Source: Candidatus Micrarchaeota archaeon
GTDB lineage: Archaea > Micrarchaeota > Micrarchaeia > Anstonellales > Bilamarchaeaceae
Reading direction: 5' to 3'
NCBI GenBank assembly: GCA_029557835.1
Contig: JAKQHW010000011.1
Span: forward strand, 1-51,414
DNA: 51,414 nucleotides
Part shown: positions 7,758 through 15,198 of the stretch, piece after piece
How the letters are laid out: every line of letters begins with the position of its first letter
Numbering within the stretch: position 1 is the stretch's first letter
Program-made: the position numbers and the translations under genes
The notes under the pieces: model-generated
What the model was told of the DNA's origin: nothing
Seen by the model: the letters and a program-made list of their open reading frames with translations, nothing else
The model's database searches: none

Positions 7758-7853
7758 AGGGGTTATGGTTACCCTAAAAGGGAAGGGGGCGATGAGGTCC
7801 CGGTGGACTTCTTCGGACATCGCAGCAGCGATGCGGAGGTCCCCCTTCCTCCT
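7758..7853 (+). other. tRNA-proximal noncoding module, copy A (closing helix 7781-7789/7841-7849 with two internal hairpins)
   Basis: The sequence runs GGGGTTATGGTTACCCTAAAAG, then GGAAGGGGG...CCCCCTTCC. Internal hairpins are GAGGTCC-CGGT-GGACTTC (7794-7811) and CATCGC-AGCA-GCGATG (7818-7833). It ends 4 nt before tRNA-Val. Confidence 0.5.
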
Positions 7854-7925
7854 GGACCCGTGGTCCAATGGTCAAGACGCCAGCCTTACACGCTGGAGAC
7901 CCTGGTTCGATTCCGGGCGGGTCCA
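7854..7925 (+). tRNA. tRNA-Val (anticodon UAC)
   Basis: I folded the cloverleaf by hand. The acceptor is GGACCCG/CGGGTCC, the anticodon arm is CCAGC-CTTACAC-GCTGG and the T arm is CCTGG-TTCGATT-CCGGG. It is 72 nt with no encoded CCA. Confidence 0.9.
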
Positions 7926-7926
7926 C

Positions 7927-8721
7927 ATGGTGAGAATAAGCGAGGGTGAGATGGAGCTGAGGAAGGAGATTGCCTTGCACGTGGGGCAGGGCAACGCATT
8001 GCTCTCATCCATAAGGTTCTCGGAGCCGTTGCCTGCGGAGGAGGCGGAGAAACTGAAGAAGGCGTTCGCGCACTTTGATGAGGCGGAGGAGCTTAGCGAA
8101 GGGATGGAGGTTGGCGGGGCGAGGCTTTCCTCAGTTGGCGAATACGCGGACTATACGGAAATGTATGCGGGATTGTTTGGCAAATGCCTCTGGGGGGTCC
8201 CTTTCCAGGTGCGGGAGGAGGTGGTGAACGTGCTGGACTCCTATGTGGCGGATTCTTCTGAGAAGATGGAGCTGCTGTTGCGGGTCCGGGCCCTTGCCGG
8301 GAGGCAGGACGTTGGCCCGAAAGTGAGGCTGTACCTGAAATTCAAATTGTACAATGACTTTTACGAATACCTTTTCACGAGGCACAAGATGCTGCTGCTC
8401 ACGTCCAGGGATTTCGGCAGGATGGACAAGGACGGCACCGTGGGGGCTTTCCTGAACAGGGTGAAGTCCGAATGGGCGGACGAGAAATGGGTTCCGCAGT
8501 TCTCCTCGGTGTGGGGCGGCATGTACAGGAATTCCGCGGCGCATTTTGCGTTCAGGGTGGCGGAAGGCGCGATTGAGATAGAGAGGAGCGGGGAAAAGGT
8601 TCCGGAGGCGGAGCTGGACAAGTTGCTGAACAGGCTCATCATGCTTTCGATCGCTTTCGACTCGGTGGTGTACAGGCAGAAGAAGGAAGTCGTTTTCGAG
8701 AAGTACGGGGTGAGGTTATGA
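7927..8721 (+). CDS. hypothetical protein (alpha-helical, no recognised domain)
   Basis: I trimmed ORF 7765..8721 to the first ATG after the tRNA (7927; alternative 7951). The stop overlaps the next gene's start as ATGA. Confidence 0.5.
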   Translation: MVRISEGEMELRKEIALHVGQGNALLSSIRFSEPLPAEEAEKLKKAFAHFDEAEELSEGMEVGGARLSSVGEYADYTEMYAGLFGKCLWGVPFQVREEVVNVLDSYVADSSEKMELLLRVRALAGRQDVGPKVRLYLKFKLYNDFYEYLFTRHKMLLLTSRDFGRMDKDGTVGAFLNRVKSEWADEKWVPQFSSVWGGMYRNSAAHFAFRVAEGAIEIERSGEKVPEAELDKLLNRLIMLSIAFDSVVYRQKKEVVFEKYGVRL

Positions 8722-9179
8722 ATTATCCCGGGCACCTGCTGGTGGGAATAATTTTCGGGGCCGTATTCGCGCTTGCCATCGGGGCCGAGCCCTTCCTGTT
8801 CGGTTCCATTGTGTTCGTGGCTGCGTTCTCTGCGCTGGTGCCGGACATAGACCATGACAGCAGCAAGATGAGGCAGTGGGCGGACCTGGGGGTGCCCATC
8901 TGCGCGTTCCTTTTTTCATACAGTGCGATTTGCGACGGGGTGATGTGCGGGGCGGAGAACTGGCACCCAATCCTGGTGAACACGCTTGCGATAACCGGAC
9001 TGTACATGATTGTGATTACATACATGAAGCCGAGGCACAGGGGGATCACCCACACCCTTGCGGCTGCCGGGGCGTATGGGGTTGCGATATGGTTCTTTTC
9101 CGACTGGATGTTCGGGGTTGCGGGGCTGCTCGGATACCTGTCGCACCTTTTCGCGGACAGGATGGCGAAGCTGGTCTGA
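8718..9179 (+). CDS. membrane-bound metal-dependent hydrolase, DUF457/YdjM family
   Basis: It is a polytopic membrane protein. PDIDHDSS, HRGITHTL and SHLFAD histidine/aspartate motifs are typical of DUF457. Confidence 0.7.
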   Translation: MNYPGHLLVGIIFGAVFALAIGAEPFLFGSIVFVAAFSALVPDIDHDSSKMRQWADLGVPICAFLFSYSAICDGVMCGAENWHPILVNTLAITGLYMIVITYMKPRHRGITHTLAAAGAYGVAIWFFSDWMFGVAGLLGYLSHLFADRMAKLV

Positions 9180-9393
9180 ACCGGGATGGGGCATAATTAT
9201 AAACTCTCTTCGCCAAAAAAGGTGCGGATGAAGAGATGCAGGTTTGCTGAGGGCCTCCCTCCCTGCAAAAGGCGTTTCCGGCTCAACAGTCCGGCTGGTA
9301 TGGCCGGGGGCGCCTTCCGGAGCTTCGGCTCCTGGACTACAGAAAGGGGGGATGCCCGCTGATGAAAACCTGGAGCTCTGACACAAAAGCATA

Positions 9394-9438
9394 TTGTAAC
9401 CATGGTTACAAGCGGCATATGAATAAAATCTTATTCAT
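9394..9438. promoter_or_regulatory. two palindromes upstream of the zinc-ribbon gene (candidate operator/promoter)
   Basis: TTGTAACCATGGTTACAA (9394-9411) is a perfect 18-bp palindrome. ATGAATAA-AATC-TTATTCAT (9419-9438) contains an A/T-rich TATA-like core. GGAGGG at 9444-9449 precedes the ATG at 9452. Confidence 0.4.
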
Positions 9439-9451
9439 GTAATAGGAGGGC

Positions 9452-10174
9452 ATGCGCTGCAGGGTGTGCGGGCGCGAAGGATTCGACATCTGCCCGGAAT
9501 GCTCGTTTAAGGAACAGAACACCCAGTGCTGGCGCTGCAGGATGTACATACCGACCTCTGAGATGCAGCAATGGAAGGGGCAGTGGATATGCCCGAACTG
9601 CAGGATGGACACCGAAAGGGAGGACGAGCTGAAATTCGAGGGGAAAAAGAGGAAGGACGAGGGGGCCGGTGCCGAAACGTACGAGAAGCCGGGCCGGTGC
9701 CAGCGCTGCAGCAGGGAGACCAAGATACTCTACCAGTTCAACGGAAGGAAGCTTTGCTGGTACTGCCTTGAGGACGAGAACAGCACCGACTATTCGGGCG
9801 CCGGGCCTTCCGGGGGAGCCATAAGGGTGCAGGTCAGGCAGGAAAAAAGCCGGAGGAAGGGGCTCATCAACCGGCTGATAAGGATGGTTGCCGGCGGCGG
9901 TGAGGAAGAAGAGAAAGTCACCGTGATCTCCAATGCAAAGCTGATCCCCATAAAGAAAGGGGAGAGGGATGCCGAGGGGGAAACTGCTCCTGAGGGCGCT
10001 GTTCCGGCCAAGGCACCTGAAAAAAAGCCTGTTCTTCCAGCGGAAAAAAGGCCCCGCCCGGATTCCGGGCCGGTTGTGGGGAAAGAAGGGCCGGAAGAAA
10101 ACAAAGGGAAGGACGGGGAAGGGGGGAAAGACGAGAAAAAGAAGACGGACTGGAGCCTGTGGAAGAAGGACTAG
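9452..10174 (+). CDS. triple zinc-ribbon protein with Lys/Glu-rich C-terminal tail
   Basis: There are three CxxC...CxxC pairs: CRVCG..CPEC, CWRC..CPNC and CQRC..CWYC. A low-complexity basic/acidic tail follows. Confidence 0.6.
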   Translation: MRCRVCGREGFDICPECSFKEQNTQCWRCRMYIPTSEMQQWKGQWICPNCRMDTEREDELKFEGKKRKDEGAGAETYEKPGRCQRCSRETKILYQFNGRKLCWYCLEDENSTDYSGAGPSGGAIRVQVRQEKSRRKGLINRLIRMVAGGGEEEEKVTVISNAKLIPIKKGERDAEGETAPEGAVPAKAPEKKPVLPAEKRPRPDSGPVVGKEGPEENKGKDGEGGKDEKKKTDWSLWKKD

Positions 10175-10554
10175 CCCCTCCTGATTGCTATCTCGCCTCC
10201 GGACTCCCGTATGTACTCCATTTCCCTCCCCCTGGAATCCGAAAGCATCATCTCTGTGGAATGGTCGCTCACCCTGAGCGTGAGCACCCTCCTCGCCCTG
10301 TCCAGGGAGGCCTCCACGCTGTAAACGTCCGCGCCCTCCACGCGGGCATATTTCACCGAGCAGCCCTCGAACCTTTCCGGCCTGGTCGCGAGCTCGCCTA
10401 TCCTGGAGTCCCGGACCTTTCCCGAGAATATGTTCCTCCACGCGTCGTTCATAACGTTGAATGCGGCAATCTCGGCGCTCTGCAACGCCACGCTCACGAC
10501 CGGAACGTAGCTGAGCCGTGAAACCTCCTCTTCCCTCTCCTTTGCCGCCCTCAT
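10171..10554 (-). CDS. hypothetical protein
   Basis: This 127-aa ORF is the last gene of a co-directional minus-strand run. It has no recognisable motif. Confidence 0.45.
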   Translation of the reverse strand: MRAAKEREEEVSRLSYVPVVSVALQSAEIAAFNVMNDAWRNIFSGKVRDSRIGELATRPERFEGCSVKYARVEGADVYSVEASLDRARRVLTLRVSDHSTEMMLSDSRGREMEYIRESGGEIAIRRG

Positions 10555-10558
10555 AGCA

Positions 10559-10891
10559 TCAACCCAATGTCACTTTTTTCCCGGACCAGTAGACCGAGAC
10601 CTGGCCTTCGCCCCTGCTCACAGTGAATAACGCGCCCCCGCTCTGCACCACCATCGTCCTTTCGTTGGGAAGGCTTACCGAGAAGCCGCCCTCGTCTATC
10701 CGCGGCAGTTCCGGCATGTGCCTCCTGGCGATGTCCAGCATCTCGTTTATCCTCTGCACCGCCTGGAGCTGGAGCTCCTGCCTCAGCCCCTCGATCTCCT
10801 CCTGCTTCCGGATTGGCTTTGGCACTGAGAATAAGCTCAGGTCCCTGCCCGCCTGCCTTTGAACCGGTCCCGCCATGGTTATTTTTCCCAT
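10559..10891 (-). CDS. hypothetical protein (coiled-coil N-terminal half, beta-rich C-terminal half)
   Basis: This 110-aa ORF lies 4 nt upstream of the next gene. I recognise no family. Confidence 0.45.
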   Translation of the reverse strand: MGKITMAGPVQRQAGRDLSLFSVPKPIRKQEEIEGLRQELQLQAVQRINEMLDIARRHMPELPRIDEGGFSVSLPNERTMVVQSGGALFTVSRGEGQVSVYWSGKKVTLG

Positions 10892-10930
10892 GGGGAGCTT
10901 AAATATCTTTCCTTCGCGCGCGTTCGGTGC

Positions 10931-11518
10931 TCAGAACCGGAACTCGCCGGCGCCATCCCTGAGCACCTTCATCCCCACAAGGTCGACAATCGTTGATTCC
11001 TTCCTGAAAAGCGTCTCCCCCCCGTCTATGGCCAGGTCCGCCTTGGCCACCAATCCTGCATCAAGCTTGCCGAATGAGAAAACCGATCCTTGCCCGGAGA
11101 TGTTCGCACTCGTCCCTATTATGGGGAGCCCGGTGTCGCCCGAGACCTTCCTTATGAAGGAGTGGAGCGGGACGCGCACGCCTATCTTGCTTCCCGGGCA
11201 TGCGGGGATGTCCTCCTTCTTTTCAAGAAGGAAGGTGTACGGGCCCGGAAGGTATCGGAACAGGTACCTGGCCTTGTCCTCCGGGACCTCGCAGTACCTC
11301 CTCAACATGGAGAAATCGGAAACAATGATGGAGAACGGCTTCCCGTCCCTTCCCTTGATCTCCCTCACCCTTTCGCAGACCTTTCCGTCCAGCGCGTTCC
11401 CGCCAATCCCGTAGACCGTGTCCGTGGGATAGATGAACACCTTCCCCTCCCTCATCGCGTTCCCCGCCGCCTCAAGGGCTCCGGCATAATCCCCGGCAAG
11501 GGAGAATCTTTTCCTCAA
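10931..11518 (-). CDS. sua5: L-threonylcarbamoyladenylate synthase, Sua5/YrdC/TsaC family (single-domain)
   Basis: IYPTDTVYGIGGNA, KGRDGKPFSIIV, PGPYTFLL and GTSANISG are YrdC-domain signatures. Confidence 0.85.
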   Translation of the reverse strand: MRKRFSLAGDYAGALEAAGNAMREGKVFIYPTDTVYGIGGNALDGKVCERVREIKGRDGKPFSIIVSDFSMLRRYCEVPEDKARYLFRYLPGPYTFLLEKKEDIPACPGSKIGVRVPLHSFIRKVSGDTGLPIIGTSANISGQGSVFSFGKLDAGLVAKADLAIDGGETLFRKESTIVDLVGMKVLRDGAGEFRF

Positions 11519-13077
11519 AGCTCACGCACCTCTATCTGCCCGTACCTGCCCTCAAGCTTCCGGAATTTTTTCCTTCCCTGCTTGAAGATGTAGGTGATGT
11601 CGTTCGGCTTGGCGTAAAGCACGAAGCCGCCCTCAACCTTCTCCAGCCTGAACTCGTGCTGCATGAGCCTGGAAAGGGCGCGCTCCAGCGAGCCGCCCCT
11701 GCGCTCCCCGCCCCTCCTGCCGCCGCGCTGCCCCCCTTCCGCGAGCGGCAGCACCACCGTCTCCTCCCCGAACTTGTAGATCTCGTACTCCGGCTCGCCG
11801 CTCTCGAAATCCTTCACCTCTATCACGGGGCGGGCGAGGTCCGCCTCCCTCATCCCCGCAGGGACCTTCACGGAATGGGTGAGCTCGTACACCTGGGTGA
11901 TCTGCCCCCCGTCTATCATTATGACCGTGTCCACAACCTGGGGGATCACTCCCAAATCCACCTTCCCTATGAACCGCTGTATCGCGTCTATCGCCTTGCG
12001 CCCGTGCACCACGCCAACCAGCCCTATGCCGGTGAGCCTCATGTCCGTGTAGATGTTGAAGTCCTTGCTCTTCCTCATCTCGTCGTAGAAAGTATAGTCC
12101 GGGCGCACGAGCAGGAGTATGTCCTTGGTATAATCGAAATCCCCCTCCAGCGCCGTGTACTGGGTTATCTCCTGGATTACGCGCATGTCCCTCGGCGACT
12201 CCATGGTCTTCACCACATATCCCTTGCCGTGGTAATATTCCGCGAGGGCGGCTGCGAACGTTGACTTCCCAGAGCCGGGCGGCCCGCAGACGATTATCCC
12301 CTCCGCCTGCTCGTCCATCCGCCTCATCAGCTTCTCGCTTATCTCGTAATCCTTCAGCGTGTTCTTCTTTATCGGGCGGACGATGGTGATTTCGAAACCG
12401 TCCGAGAACGGCGGCTTGGCGATGACTATGCGGTAGTCCGCCATCTGCAACACGCTCGCGCCCATTCGGTCTATCTCGAAATAATATGACTGGTTCCTGC
12501 CCGCCGCCTCGACGATTTCCTCCCCCATCTTCCTTATCCGCTCCTCGGAGATTATCTCTCCCAGCTCAACGCGCTCCACTCTCGCCGGGCCGCCTTTTTT
12601 CAGCACCGGCCTGCATCCCTCCTTCAGGTGGAGGGACATGGTCTGCGCGTCGAAATAATGCTCGAAGCTCAGTTTCCCCTTCTCCTCCCTGGCGCGCAGG
12701 TAGACGGTCTTCAACCCCTCCACCCCGGCGGCCTCGTGCTGCACCGTGTCCCCGGTTATCAGGACGGCGCCCAACTCCTTCGCGAGCTTCCTTATCAGGA
12801 AATCCAGCTGCCCTGTGCGCCTCGCCTCGTGCAGTTCCTCCGGGGCGGGCCTCTCCCCCTTTATCTGGAGGGAGATTTTTCCTGATTTCTCCATTTCCCG
12901 CAGCTTCCTCATCACCGCGAAGCCCGCGTACCCCGTTTCCTTTTTCCGGTTCGCCTGCCCCTCTATCTCGGCTATCGTGGCCTCGTGGAGGAAAAGCTCC
13001 CCCTTCACCTCGCCCTTCTCTATCAGGTCTATGATTCTTCCATCGATTATTACGCTTGTATCGCATACATGACGCAT
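11515..13077 (-). CDS. PIN-domain / PilT-like ATPase / KH-domain protein (COG1855-type)
   Basis: The N-terminal PIN domain is VCDTSVIIDGRI...LITGD. Walker A is GPPGSGKSTFAAAL. A KH-like region lies at the C-terminus. The architecture is widespread in archaea. Confidence 0.8.
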   Translation of the reverse strand: MRHVCDTSVIIDGRIIDLIEKGEVKGELFLHEATIAEIEGQANRKKETGYAGFAVMRKLREMEKSGKISLQIKGERPAPEELHEARRTGQLDFLIRKLAKELGAVLITGDTVQHEAAGVEGLKTVYLRAREEKGKLSFEHYFDAQTMSLHLKEGCRPVLKKGGPARVERVELGEIISEERIRKMGEEIVEAAGRNQSYYFEIDRMGASVLQMADYRIVIAKPPFSDGFEITIVRPIKKNTLKDYEISEKLMRRMDEQAEGIIVCGPPGSGKSTFAAALAEYYHGKGYVVKTMESPRDMRVIQEITQYTALEGDFDYTKDILLLVRPDYTFYDEMRKSKDFNIYTDMRLTGIGLVGVVHGRKAIDAIQRFIGKVDLGVIPQVVDTVIMIDGGQITQVYELTHSVKVPAGMREADLARPVIEVKDFESGEPEYEIYKFGEETVVLPLAEGGQRGGRRGGERRGGSLERALSRLMQHEFRLEKVEGGFVLYAKPNDITYIFKQGRKKFRKLEGRYGQIEVREL

Positions 13078-13131
13078 AAGAGCACCTGGTTTGTTTGGGA
13101 TTATGAGTATTATATAGGTTGTGGGCGCGGA

Positions 13132-13338
13132 CTACATCCCGAACCTCGGCCTGAGGCGCCTGAGCGCCGCCCGCACGGCAAGCCAGAATGCGAGCAGGGC
13201 AAGGAATGAAAGCCCGGTTTCCGTGGCCCCGCTTATCCCGAAATGCCTTATCGAATAGAACCAGGCGGCGAGGACGATTAGGTAAACCGCAACCTCAAAA
13301 AGCTGCCACGCCCCTATCGGGAATGCCCTTATGTCCAT
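13132..13338 (-). CDS. small membrane protein (2 TM helices)
   Basis: I trimmed the ORF to the ATG at 13338 (MDIRAFPIGAW...), which begins 2 nt after the dys stop. It has two hydrophobic helices. Confidence 0.4.
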   Translation of the reverse strand: MDIRAFPIGAWQLFEVAVYLIVLAAWFYSIRHFGISGATETGLSFLALLAFWLAVRAALRRLRPRFGM

Positions 13339-13339
13339 G

Positions 13340-14365
13340 TCAACCCTTGTCCAGCATCGGCCCGAAGTTCTTTGGCTTCCTTTTCTTCCAATTGCCTTTG
13401 TGGTAGGCGTAGCCGACCACCAGGGGCATCGCAATCGTCGCCTCGGCGAAAACCATCTGCTCGTTTCCCTCGTCCACCTTGCCCCAGGAATGCGCCTCCT
13501 TCAGGGTGGAGCCGGAGAGCGCACCGTCCCTCTCGTCCGCTACGGTGATTTGCACCGCGTACTTGTGCATGGAGACGTCCTTCCCGAGAACCTCCGCCGC
13601 GACCACAATGTCCTGCGTGAAGTTCTTCGGGACTCCGCCCCCTATCATGAGGATTCCGGTCTCCCCGGCCGCCAATTTGATTTTCGTAATCTCAAGGAAG
13701 TCCTTCGCCGAGTCTATGGACGCGTGCTGCTTTGGATTGTGCCACTGATGGTGCACGAAGCCGAAGCCGGCGCTGCAGTCGGAAAATGCAGGCACAAAAA
13801 TAGGCACGCCCATCTCGTAGGACGCGAGCACCACGGACTGCCTGTTCTTCCCGTGCTCCTGCAGGTATTTGCCCATCTCCCGGATAATTTCCCTTGAGGA
13901 ATGGGGCTTCGGAGGAAGGGAATCCGCTATTTTCGCAACGGTCATGTCGCACTCGCGCAGCTCGTCCTCGTCTATATATGTATCATATATGCGGTCTATG
14001 CGCTTCTGCCTCAAATCCTCGTCGTCCGCCATGGGGTTGCCCATGTAGTGCCTGAAGCCCAGCCCCTCGAAGAAGTCCTGGTCCACCATTATCGCGCCCG
14101 TGGAGACAATCGCGTCCACCATGTTGTTGCGCACCATGTCCACGACCACATCTTTCAACCCCGCGCTGAAGAGGGAGCCGGCCAGGCAGAGTATCACGGA
14201 GCAATTCTCGTCCGCCAGCATCTTGTCGTAGATATGGGAAGCACGGGCGAGGTTCCTCGCCTGGAACGCCATGTGAGAATAGTCTTCTATTAGCTGCACC
14301 GGGTTGTGCTTCTTGATGTCTATGTGCTTTATCTCCTTTCCAAGGTATTCCTCTCTGGTAGGCAT
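13340..14365 (-). CDS. dys: deoxyhypusine synthase
   Basis: The whole sequence looks like DHS (STGAIMVDQDF, IGGGVPKNF, SWGK). GTATAAAAAAC lies ~25-30 nt upstream of the ATG. Confidence 0.9.
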   Translation of the reverse strand: MPTREEYLGKEIKHIDIKKHNPVQLIEDYSHMAFQARNLARASHIYDKMLADENCSVILCLAGSLFSAGLKDVVVDMVRNNMVDAIVSTGAIMVDQDFFEGLGFRHYMGNPMADDEDLRQKRIDRIYDTYIDEDELRECDMTVAKIADSLPPKPHSSREIIREMGKYLQEHGKNRQSVVLASYEMGVPIFVPAFSDCSAGFGFVHHQWHNPKQHASIDSAKDFLEITKIKLAAGETGILMIGGGVPKNFTQDIVVAAEVLGKDVSMHKYAVQITVADERDGALSGSTLKEAHSWGKVDEGNEQMVFAEATIAMPLVVGYAYHKGNWKKRKPKNFGPMLDKG

Positions 14366-14379
14366 GAGGGAGAAATGCT

Positions 14380-14394
14380 GGGCAACTGTTTTTT
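14380..14394 (+). repeat. 15-nt perfect direct repeat, copy 1 (GGGCAACTGTTTTTT)
   Basis: It is identical to 14588-14602. It lies in the dys promoter region. Confidence 0.9.
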
Positions 14395-14497
14395 ATACTA
14401 TCGTGAGAGAAATATAATACGCACTTGGGACTATGCGCCCATGTTTGCGAACCGTCCGCTTTATGTCGGATAAAAACGGGACTAAAAAAGCGGTCGA

Positions 14498-14572
14498 GGG
14501 CTCGTAGCTCAGCTTGGCCAGAGCGGCGGACTTTTAATCCGTAGGTCGGGGGTTCAAATCCCCTCGAGCCCG
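14498..14572 (+). tRNA. tRNA-Lys (anticodon UUU)
   Basis: The acceptor is GGGCTCG/CGAGCCC, the D arm is GCTC..GAGC, the anticodon arm is GCGGA-CTTTTAA-TCCGT and the T arm is GGGGG-TTCAAAT-CCCCT. Confidence 0.9.
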
Positions 14573-14580
14573 AAAAACGC

Positions 14581-14618
14581 AAGGAGGGGGCAACTGTTTT
14601 TTCCCTATCCCCCTCCTT
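14581..14618 (+). terminator. G5/C5 hairpin with T6 in the loop plus a TCATTTTC tail, downstream of tRNA-Lys
   Basis: AAGGAGGGGG-(18 nt incl. TTTTTT)-CCCCCTCCTT is a 10-bp stem, followed by TCATTTTCC. It contains direct-repeat copy 2 (14588-14602). Confidence 0.4.
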
Positions 14619-14691
14619 TCATTTTCCACGCTCCTTTCTGATTTCCTCCCCCAACCAAATAAAAATAAACCCTCCTTCCGAATAATAACCC

Positions 14692-15198
14692 ATGAAACCC
14701 GTCCTATTCGCATTGGCTTTGGGGATATTGCTTCTTGCCGGCTGCACGCTCCCGTGGCAGCAGGCTCAGCCCGCGCAACAGCCCGCCCCCCAGCCGCCCG
14801 CCCTCATACAGCCGCCTGCCTGCGAGGAATACGCGACCTACGCGAAGGGGGAGCTGAACGGGGTTTACGGCACTTACAGGAACACGTGCGACGGCTCGGA
14901 CCTGAAGGCATACTTCTGCAGGGGAGGGGTGGTCGCGGAGGAGATAGTCCGGTGCGGCTGGAACTGCTACAACGACGAATGCGTGCACAGGAGGGAGGGC
15001 TTCTGCGTGGACTCCAACGAGAAGGACGACCAGTACAGGCGGGGCGAGACCAAGATGACCGTGAGCACCTCGGTGATGGAGAGGGTCGTGGACAGATGCG
15101 CTTCCCCCACCACATTATATGAGTATTACTGTTCGGGCGGGGACATCGTGAGGAAGGAGATTGCGTGCACGTGCGCAGAAGGTGAATGCGTCAGATGA
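14692..15198 (+). CDS. Cys-rich secreted lipoprotein (lipobox LLAGC)
   Basis: It has a signal peptide with a lipobox (LLLAGC), a Pro/Gln-rich linker and two related Cys-rich units (YFCRGG..RCGWNCYNDECV and YYCSGG..ACTCAEGECV). Confidence 0.55.
   Translation: MKPVLFALALGILLLAGCTLPWQQAQPAQQPAPQPPALIQPPACEEYATYAKGELNGVYGTYRNTCDGSDLKAYFCRGGVVAEEIVRCGWNCYNDECVHRREGFCVDSNEKDDQYRRGETKMTVSTSVMERVVDRCASPTTLYEYYCSGGDIVRKEIACTCAEGECVR

Noticed and set aside
7789-7840. Interpreting the inserts of modules A and B as canonical C/D box sRNAs co-transcribed with tRNAs
   Set aside because: Copy A has a near-C box (GCGATGA) but no CTGA D box. Copy B has CTGA but a degenerate C box. There are no C'/D' boxes at 12-nt spacing. 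The conserved features are hairpins rather than single-stranded guides. A K-turn-like element remains possible but unproven.
7765-7926. N-terminal 54 codons of ORF 7765..8721
   Set aside because: This part reads through noncoding module A and the whole tRNA-Val gene. I trimmed the CDS to the first ATG after the tRNA.
9225-9395. RNase P RNA or SRP RNA in the 9.2-9.4 kb intergenic region
   Set aside because: ACAGTCCGGC and ACAGAAA superficially resemble RNase P CR-I and CR-IV/V, but the required P4 complementarity (a CCGGCUU-type strand after ACAGAA) is absent. On the reverse strand, CTCCGGAAGGCGCC resembles the SRP helix-8 GGAA tetraloop, but the flanking symmetric and asymmetric loop motifs are missing. 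The region is also too short.
13101-13109. Third occurrence of TTATGAGTA (as in module C and the tRNA-CAU intron)
   Set aside because: On the minus strand this is part of TATATAATACTCATAA, a plausible TATA box ~40 nt upstream of the PIN/PilT ATPase start. It has no G5/C5 helix or tRNA nearby, so it is likely unrelated.
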